A stretch of 43,256 bases of DNA from Candidatus Dojkabacteria bacterium (GTDB lineage Bacteria > Patescibacteriota > Dojkabacteria > JAOAGR01). The position numbers and the translations under genes are program-made. The number at the start of each line of letters is the position of its first letter. Position 1 is the first letter of the stretch. The notes beneath the pieces are model-generated. The model saw nothing but the letters and a program-made list of their open reading frames with translations, ran no database searches and had not been told where the DNA came from. The DNA is taken from the NCBI GenBank assembly GCA_048615375.1, contig JBMCLJ010000002.1, positions 1-43,256 of the forward strand, in the 5' to 3' direction. Below are positions 37,216-43,256 of the stretch, piece after piece.

Positions 37216-38328
37216 ATGGAAAATCAAGATTACTATGAAATCCTTGGCGTTTCGCGGGACGCAACAGAAAAAGACTTGAAAAAAGCTTTCCGCAAGAAAG
37301 CAGCTGAACTACATCCTGACAGAAATAAAGATCCGAAAGCCCCTGAACAGTTTAAACAAGTTAATGAAGCGTATCAGGTTCTCTCAGATCCACAAAAACG
37401 AAGTATGTATGATCAATATGGATCCGCAGCATTTGCACAGGGTGGCGGAGCTGGTGGAGAGAGAGGAGGTTTTGGGGGGCAAGGTTTTGAATTTGATTTT
37501 TCGGAGATGTTTGGAGGGGCTGACGTTGAGTCTATGTTCGGTGATCAAAGTATTTTCTCTGATCTATTTGGTAGGCGAGGTGGAAGAACACGTATGAAAC
37601 GAGGTGATGATATCGCAATCGCGATACATGCAACCATGCTTGATGTATTACATGGACCGGAAAAAGAAATCTCCTACCAGAGAGCGGTGCATTGTCCTCA
37701 ATGTGGTGGAAGTGGTGGAGACAAGGTAGAACAATGCAGAACCTGTAATGGATCTGGACGAGTCGCCCAGGTAAGTCGTTCAATCTTTGGAAACGTACAG
37801 ATGGTGAGAGAATGCCCTACGTGCCGGGGAACTGGGAAAGAGATAGTAGATAAGTGTACTAAATGCAAAGGAGAGTCAGTAGTTACAGAACAGAGAAGCT
37901 TTAAAATCCGTATTCCTCAGGGAATAGAGAACGGGATGAATATTCGCTTTCGGGGAGAAGGTAGTGCCGGGAAGTTTGGTGCTGAGCACGGGGATTTGTT
38001 TGTACAGGTAAATGTTCAGCCGGATACAAGGTTTGAAAGGTCAGGAGACGACTTGATTATAAAAGTTTCTGTGCCTGTATATTCATTAGTTTTAGGTGAT
38101 GAGATACAGGTTTCTACGCTTGATGGCGATAAGAAAGTCCGTATTCCTGCGGGTCTTAATGTCGGAGAAGATCTTATACTCAGGGGGCTCGGTTTGCCAA
38201 ACTTCAGAAGCAAAAAAAGAGGAAATATTCTATTAAAATTAGATATAAATATCCCTAAAAAACTTAAAAAAGAAGAGCGGGATCTGTATGAACAGTTACG
38301 TGCTATTGATATATCCAACGGAAAGTGA
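37216..38328 (+). CDS. dnaJ: Chaperone DnaJ
   Basis: J domain with HPD, G/F-rich region, four CxxCxGxG-type motifs and C-terminal domain. Confidence 0.98.
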   Translation: MENQDYYEILGVSRDATEKDLKKAFRKKAAELHPDRNKDPKAPEQFKQVNEAYQVLSDPQKRSMYDQYGSAAFAQGGGAGGERGGFGGQGFEFDFSEMFGGADVESMFGDQSIFSDLFGRRGGRTRMKRGDDIAIAIHATMLDVLHGPEKEISYQRAVHCPQCGGSGGDKVEQCRTCNGSGRVAQVSRSIFGNVQMVRECPTCRGTGKEIVDKCTKCKGESVVTEQRSFKIRIPQGIENGMNIRFRGEGSAGKFGAEHGDLFVQVNVQPDTRFERSGDDLIIKVSVPVYSLVLGDEIQVSTLDGDKKVRIPAGLNVGEDLILRGLGLPNFRSKKRGNILLKLDINIPKKLKKEERDLYEQLRAIDISNGK

Positions 38329-38390
38329 GTGTAATATTGAAAAAGAGTTTTTTTTAAGGCACTATGTAGGATATTGAAGCTAAGTTATGT

Positions 38391-39254
38391 ATGGAGAATC
38401 AGTCTGATAAATCACATATCCACTTGCTGGATTCGTATAAGAATACGAAAGACAACATCCAGACTGTAAAATCACAACAAAAGACAGCGCGCAAACGTCC
38501 TCGAATGTCCAGGATTAGAAGTCTATACTACAAAGAAGGAAGGAAAGTTGATAGGGGTAACAGGAAGCAGGGTGCGCGCAAAGCACTTATTACAATTTTG
38601 CTACTTGTAGCGTGTTTATCTGTAGGTCTGTATTTTGTAACTAACTACAAAAGTACTAAGTTCCGCATGAATTCCGTCAAGTATGTGCAGCATGATATAA
38701 TAAGGGATCAGGTATCGGATTATATGCAAAGTCAGCTTTACTTTAATCTTGATACTTCTGAGTTAGAAACTATGATTTTGGAAAAAAATAGTCTGGTAAA
38801 GGAGGTTGGTATTACAAAAAGTATTGCGCAAGGTCTTGTAATCAATATTACAGAACACACGCCACTTGCCTATGTACAGCATGCACCAAGTGGGACTAAA
38901 TATATTGCCACAGAGGGAGTGGGTTTGATAAAATACTCTTCAATAAGTGCAAAACTCTACGAATTACAGTATACTGGTTCTGAATTGGATTCTCCTTTTA
39001 TGTTAGATTTTGTAAGAAAAAGTATAGAATTCATTGATTCAACAGCTGAAATCGGGTATATAGGAACATACTCTTTTGATAATTTTGGAAATTTCTCTAT
39101 ACTAACTCCAAATCAGAAGGTTATAAAAGCTGATTTAAAAGAAAGCTACTTTACTATTGACGAACAATTCAAAGTGCTTCAAAATGCTGTAACTGAAGGG
39201 GGAAGCTTTAGTGAGATAAATTTACGCTTTAAATATTTGGTTGTAAAAAAATAA
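38391..39254 (+). CDS. ftsQ: FtsQ/DivIB-like cell division protein
   Basis: Basic N-terminus, single TM, POTRA-like segment (VKEV.I.K....GL.I.I.EH.P), INLRF C-terminal motif. Directly upstream of ftsA. Confidence 0.65.
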   Translation: MENQSDKSHIHLLDSYKNTKDNIQTVKSQQKTARKRPRMSRIRSLYYKEGRKVDRGNRKQGARKALITILLLVACLSVGLYFVTNYKSTKFRMNSVKYVQHDIIRDQVSDYMQSQLYFNLDTSELETMILEKNSLVKEVGITKSIAQGLVINITEHTPLAYVQHAPSGTKYIATEGVGLIKYSSISAKLYELQYTGSELDSPFMLDFVRKSIEFIDSTAEIGYIGTYSFDNFGNFSILTPNQKVIKADLKESYFTIDEQFKVLQNAVTEGGSFSEINLRFKYLVVKK

Positions 39255-40583
39255 ATGGCGAGGAATATAATAACTGCTATTGACGTTGGATCGTCAAAAA
39301 TCTGCACGGTAATCGCGGCAATAAATGATGAGACTTCAGAGCCAAGTGTAATTGGTACTGCTGTAACTCCTTCTCACGGAATTAAAAAAGGCGTGGTTGT
39401 AAATATTAGTGAAGCTGTTGATGCAATTGGAGAATCTCTTTCTTATGCAGAGAAAATGGCTGGTATTGGTGTGTCACTTGCTGTTGTGTCAATTGATGGG
39501 AAAAATATTTTTTCAAATAATACTCGTGGTGTTATCGCCGTCTCAGGAGAAGAGATCGCGTATGATGATGTACAAAGAGCAATCGAAAGCGCGAAGACCG
39601 TTGCGATCCCGCAGCAGGTGCGGAAAATAATTCATGTTCTGCCTCGTGAGTTTATCGTCGATTCACAGGGTGGAATCCGCGAGCCCGTAGGCATGACAGG
39701 CTCGCGACTTGAAGTAGATGCTCATATTATTTCAGCGCTTACCACAACCGTGCACAATATTGATAAAGCTTTTCAGCAGCTTGGCTTACGCTCTGTTCCG
39801 GTATTTGGAGGGCTGGCGTGTGCAAGTTCCGTGTTGACAAATACGGAGAAAGAGCTTGGCGTAATGGTACTTGATATTGGCTATAGCACTACTGATATTA
39901 CAATCTACCAGGAAGATGCAATCGCATACAGTGGTTGTGTTATCCTGGGTGGATATGCAGTAACAAGTGACCTTGCAGTTGGATTGCAGATCCCGAGTGA
40001 ATACGCTGAAAAAATAAAACTCAGCGTTGGCAAGTTCATAGAAGAATCCTCAAAAAATTCTTCCCACGCGACTCGCTCTTCCAACGTTCCATCATATTTA
40101 CGTGCGGATAAGGAGCAGATAGTTGAGAATAATGTGGAAGATGATGGGGATAAGGACTTGCTTGATATCTCATCACTACAGGTTCCAAATCTGACACATT
40201 TATCCCAAAGGATGTATGATGAAATTGTAGGGTGTCGGTTGGATGAAATTTTCCAAATGGTGGCAGATCAAGTGTCGCTGGCCGGTTTTTCGGTAAAACA
40301 ACCAGCCGGAATAGTGCTTACTGGAGGTAGTGCAAATATGCAAAATATTGCAAAGCACTGCTCACGTTTCTTTGGTGTGTCCTGTAGAATTGGTGTCCCG
40401 CAAGGTTTGGGAGGTCCATTGATTGACGAAATAACTGGACCTGAATTTGCTGTAGTACAAGGTCTCATCTCAAAAGGGATTGAGTTCTACTCTTCATTTG
40501 GAGGATATGATGATATGGGTGGACAATCCGGCCCAAGCATTGTAAATAAGATAAAGGGACTTTTTAAAAACTTCGTACCGTAA
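39255..40583 (+). CDS. ftsA: Cell division protein FtsA
   Basis: IDVGSSK, GIKKGVVVNI, P.GM.GSRLE, EKELG....DIG, AEKIK, GIVLTGG and C-terminal amphipathic helix. Confidence 0.97.
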   Translation: MARNIITAIDVGSSKICTVIAAINDETSEPSVIGTAVTPSHGIKKGVVVNISEAVDAIGESLSYAEKMAGIGVSLAVVSIDGKNIFSNNTRGVIAVSGEEIAYDDVQRAIESAKTVAIPQQVRKIIHVLPREFIVDSQGGIREPVGMTGSRLEVDAHIISALTTTVHNIDKAFQQLGLRSVPVFGGLACASSVLTNTEKELGVMVLDIGYSTTDITIYQEDAIAYSGCVILGGYAVTSDLAVGLQIPSEYAEKIKLSVGKFIEESSKNSSHATRSSNVPSYLRADKEQIVENNVEDDGDKDLLDISSLQVPNLTHLSQRMYDEIVGCRLDEIFQMVADQVSLAGFSVKQPAGIVLTGGSANMQNIAKHCSRFFGVSCRIGVPQGLGGPLIDEITGPEFAVVQGLISKGIEFYSSFGGYDDMGGQSGPSIVNKIKGLFKNFVP

Positions 40584-40592
40584 AACATTGCT

Positions 40593-41804
40593 ATGTTAAT
40601 TAAACCGAACACACAAAATTTAGGAGCAAAAATAATAATATGTGGAGTTGGTGGCGCTGGAAACAACGCAGTCAATTCAATGATCGAATCCGGGGAAATC
40701 CAAGGAGTAGAGTTTATTGCAATTAATACTGATGAACAAGCCCTTGAGCGGTCACAGGCAGAGACAGTACTGGCAATCGGTAAGGATTTAACAAAAGGTT
40801 TAGGTGCTGGAGGAAACCCTGCCGTTGGTAAGCAGGCAGCTTCCGATAGTGTTGATGATCTCAGTGAAGCGTTGGCCGGTGCAGATATGGTATTTGTATC
40901 TGCTGGAATGGGGGGAGGAACAGGTACGGGTGCTTCTCCAATCATTGCTGGTATCGCGAAACAATTAGGAGCTTTAACTGTTGGTGTCGTCACGAAGCCT
41001 TTTCTTTTTGAAGGAACTACCAAACAGAATTACGCAGTACAGGGAATTGATGAATTGCGTTCAAAAGTAGATGCTTTGATTGTAATACCGAATCAGCGCG
41101 TGCTCGAAATCATAGACCGTAATGTAACCTTCAAACAGGCAATGCAGAAATCTGATGAAGTACTCCTTAATGCTATTAAAAGTATCTCCGATATTATTAC
41201 GCTCACAGGACAGATTAATGTTGATTTTGCAGATGTTAAAGCCATTATGCAGGATGCAGGTACAGCGCTGATGGGAATGGGTGATTCCGGAAATAAAGAA
41301 TCCCGGGCGGTTGACGCAGCAAAAATGGCTATAAATTCGCCGCTTCTTGATTATTCAATTAACGGCGCTAAAGGTGTGCTTGTCTCAATTCGTGGCTCTG
41401 CAAACCTTTCAATGACAGAAATCAGTGAGGCTGTAGAGGTTGTCAGGCAGTATGTTGACGAAAGTGCTAATATAAAATTTGGCGTAATTTTAGATGAAGA
41501 TATGGGGGACAGTGTCGTTGTAACGGTACTTGCTACCGGATTTGATAGCGACCCTATGGAGTCCGAGTTTCGGCATGTTCCACACGAAGAAACACGAGTA
41601 GAAAGTTCCCCTCAACTGCGTCATTCAGACTACTCCGGAGGAAATAGTTCGACTCCTACAAACAATCCTTCTCCCCAGCAACAGAGTTCGCCATCCCAGG
41701 GGACTATGCAACAGAATACTCAGCAAAAAAAACGTAAAGATGACGATGATGGGGACGCGGATCTTGACATCCCAGCATTTATGAGGAGACGCAATAATTT
41801 ATAG
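40593..41804 (+). CDS. ftsZ: Cell division protein FtsZ
   Basis: GVGGAGNNAV, GGGTGTG tubulin signature, INVDFADV and C-terminal LDIPAFMR. Confidence 0.99.
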   Translation: MLIKPNTQNLGAKIIICGVGGAGNNAVNSMIESGEIQGVEFIAINTDEQALERSQAETVLAIGKDLTKGLGAGGNPAVGKQAASDSVDDLSEALAGADMVFVSAGMGGGTGTGASPIIAGIAKQLGALTVGVVTKPFLFEGTTKQNYAVQGIDELRSKVDALIVIPNQRVLEIIDRNVTFKQAMQKSDEVLLNAIKSISDIITLTGQINVDFADVKAIMQDAGTALMGMGDSGNKESRAVDAAKMAINSPLLDYSINGAKGVLVSIRGSANLSMTEISEAVEVVRQYVDESANIKFGVILDEDMGDSVVVTVLATGFDSDPMESEFRHVPHEETRVESSPQLRHSDYSGGNSSTPTNNPSPQQQSSPSQGTMQQNTQQKKRKDDDDGDADLDIPAFMRRRNNL

Positions 41805-42493
41805 TGCAGGCCACGAATATACTTAAAAAAGCAAATATTGCACCATTCAATAATCCTTTATTTCTCGAAGAAGCATTTACTCACCGGTCTTTTAGCAGGA
41901 AGCATAATGAAAGACTTGAGTTTTTGGGAGATGCTGTATTGGAATTAGTGATTTCTGAACTTTTATTCCAGGATTTTCCTGACAGACCTGAGGGAGATCT
42001 TACCAGTTTCAGGGCTGCTGTTGTGAAAACAGAAAGCCTTGCTGAGGAAGCAAGTCGTCTTGATTTAGGAACTGTTATCAGGATGTCTAAAAGTGAGGAA
42101 CAAACTGGTGGCAGACAACGACTGTATATTCTCGCAGATGTATTTGAAGCTCTCATTGGAGCTATATATATCGATCAGGGGTATGAGAATGCCAAGGCGT
42201 TTATCACGAAACACCTGTATTACAAAGTGCAGCAAATAGTTGAAAACAGGTTAGACATAGACTCAAAATCAAAATTACAGGAGTATTCCCAGGAAAAATT
42301 CAGACAAACACCTTTTTATAAAGTTGTGAAAGAAGAAGGACCCGATCACGAAAAAGTATTTACTGTTGTGACAGTTGTTGGAGATAAGATGTATGAAAAA
42401 GGTACCGGCAGGTCGAAGCAGGTAGCTGAGCAGGTAGCAGCACGAAAAACACTCGAAGTGCTTGGTATTATAACGTTAACAAGCGATGAGTAA
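41804..42493 (+). CDS. rnc: Ribonuclease III
   Basis: HNERLEFLGDAVL, ADVFEALIGAIY and dsRBD (EGPDH...F). The GTG start overlaps the ftsZ stop. Confidence 0.98.
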   Translation: MQATNILKKANIAPFNNPLFLEEAFTHRSFSRKHNERLEFLGDAVLELVISELLFQDFPDRPEGDLTSFRAAVVKTESLAEEASRLDLGTVIRMSKSEEQTGGRQRLYILADVFEALIGAIYIDQGYENAKAFITKHLYYKVQQIVENRLDIDSKSKLQEYSQEKFRQTPFYKVVKEEGPDHEKVFTVVTVVGDKMYEKGTGRSKQVAEQVAARKTLEVLGIITLTSDE

Positions 42494-42501
42494 GTTGATA
42501 G

Positions 42502-43155
42502 TTATTTATAATCGTTGACAAATCTATCAGCTTCTTTCGATACCTCGTCTATCGATTTTGTAGCATCAATGGTAATAGTTGGTATACCCTGAAAATACTC
42601 ATCAGATAAGCACTCTTTCGTTTTCTCAACATATTCCTGGTATCTTCGTTCTACGACTTCCGGCCGATCGTCCAGACGTTGTTTCAATTGTTCCTGTGTA
42701 AAGTGAGCAGGTGGTGGATTATGCGTTAAATGATATACATTTCCATCAGGAGCAAGAACCCTTCCGGTAAGCCGTTCAAGAATTATCTCAAGTGGTGCTT
42801 CTAAAACAACTATCCATTTTAGATCATAATCATGGTAGTAACAAAACTTATCAAAAAGCCGTATCTGACTTTTCTTGCGGGGGAAGCCATCAAAGATTAT
42901 ATCTTTGCGACTGGAGTTAAGCTTCAGACGAGGATACTCGTAATCAAGTATTTCCTTCATCAATTCATCAGGTAACAGGTGACCAGCGTTAATGATTTCC
43001 TTAAGTTCAGGATGTTTTTCTTCTCGTATCCAGTCCCGTATCAACTCGCCGGTAGTGATATGCATATACCCAAACTGTTTTGATAATCTTCTGCCCAGTG
43101 TACCTTTTCCCACGCCATTAGGGCCAAATAGCAGTCCGATGGATTTTTTAGTCAT
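42502..43155 (-). CDS. adk: Adenylate kinase
   Basis: GPNGVGKGT P-loop, TGELIR, DGFPR, LID region (YH...NPP) and QR.DD. Confidence 0.93.
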   Translation of the reverse strand: MTKKSIGLLFGPNGVGKGTLGRRLSKQFGYMHITTGELIRDWIREEKHPELKEIINAGHLLPDELMKEILDYEYPRLKLNSSRKDIIFDGFPRKKSQIRLFDKFCYYHDYDLKWIVVLEAPLEIILERLTGRVLAPDGNVYHLTHNPPPAHFTQEQLKQRLDDRPEVVERRYQEYVEKTKECLSDEYFQGIPTITIDATKSIDEVSKEADRFVNDYK

Positions 43156-43256
43156 TGCCTGGAATTGTACGGTAAAAACTACTCTTTGAAAAGCTTACCA
43201 AAGAGACTGTTGCACAACTTCTCCCCCTAGCCCTATACAATAAAAATTGCCATAAT

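Noticed and set aside
1-43256. Alternative genetic code 25 (TGA = Gly) as in Gracilibacteria/Absconditabacteria
   Set aside because: Conserved genes are full length under code 11, and several (mraZ, tsaD, dnaJ) end at TGA at the expected position.

Overview
A 43 kb, gene-dense, AT-rich chromosomal segment using the standard bacterial code (TGA = stop). It is mostly housekeeping: uvrA, mraZ-rsmH-ftsL-ftsI, tig-secG, parB, tsaD, groES-groEL, folC, mpl/murC-like, rsmA, pilN/pilO-like, dnaJ-ftsQ-ftsA-ftsZ-rnc and adk. The split, minimal dcw cluster, PPIase-less trigger factor, secG plus orphan peptide-binding protein, holin-family gene beside pilNO and scarce Shine-Dalgarno sites suggest a Patescibacteria/CPR genome (inference, not searched). 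The main accessory feature is a three-gene carotenoid-tailoring cassette directly behind uvrA (CrtD-like desaturase, CruC/CrtQ-like GT2, CruF-like hydratase), with no backbone-synthesis gene in the window. Other points of note: a WecA/TagO-family protein and an AroD-like protein with eroded catalytic motifs, a ~100-aa acidic insert in FtsI, variant CIRCE operators at groES and dnaJ, an MraZ box, and many -10 boxes just upstream of start codons. I saw no rRNA, tRNA, CRISPR array, integrase or transposase. All family assignments come from motifs recognised by eye.
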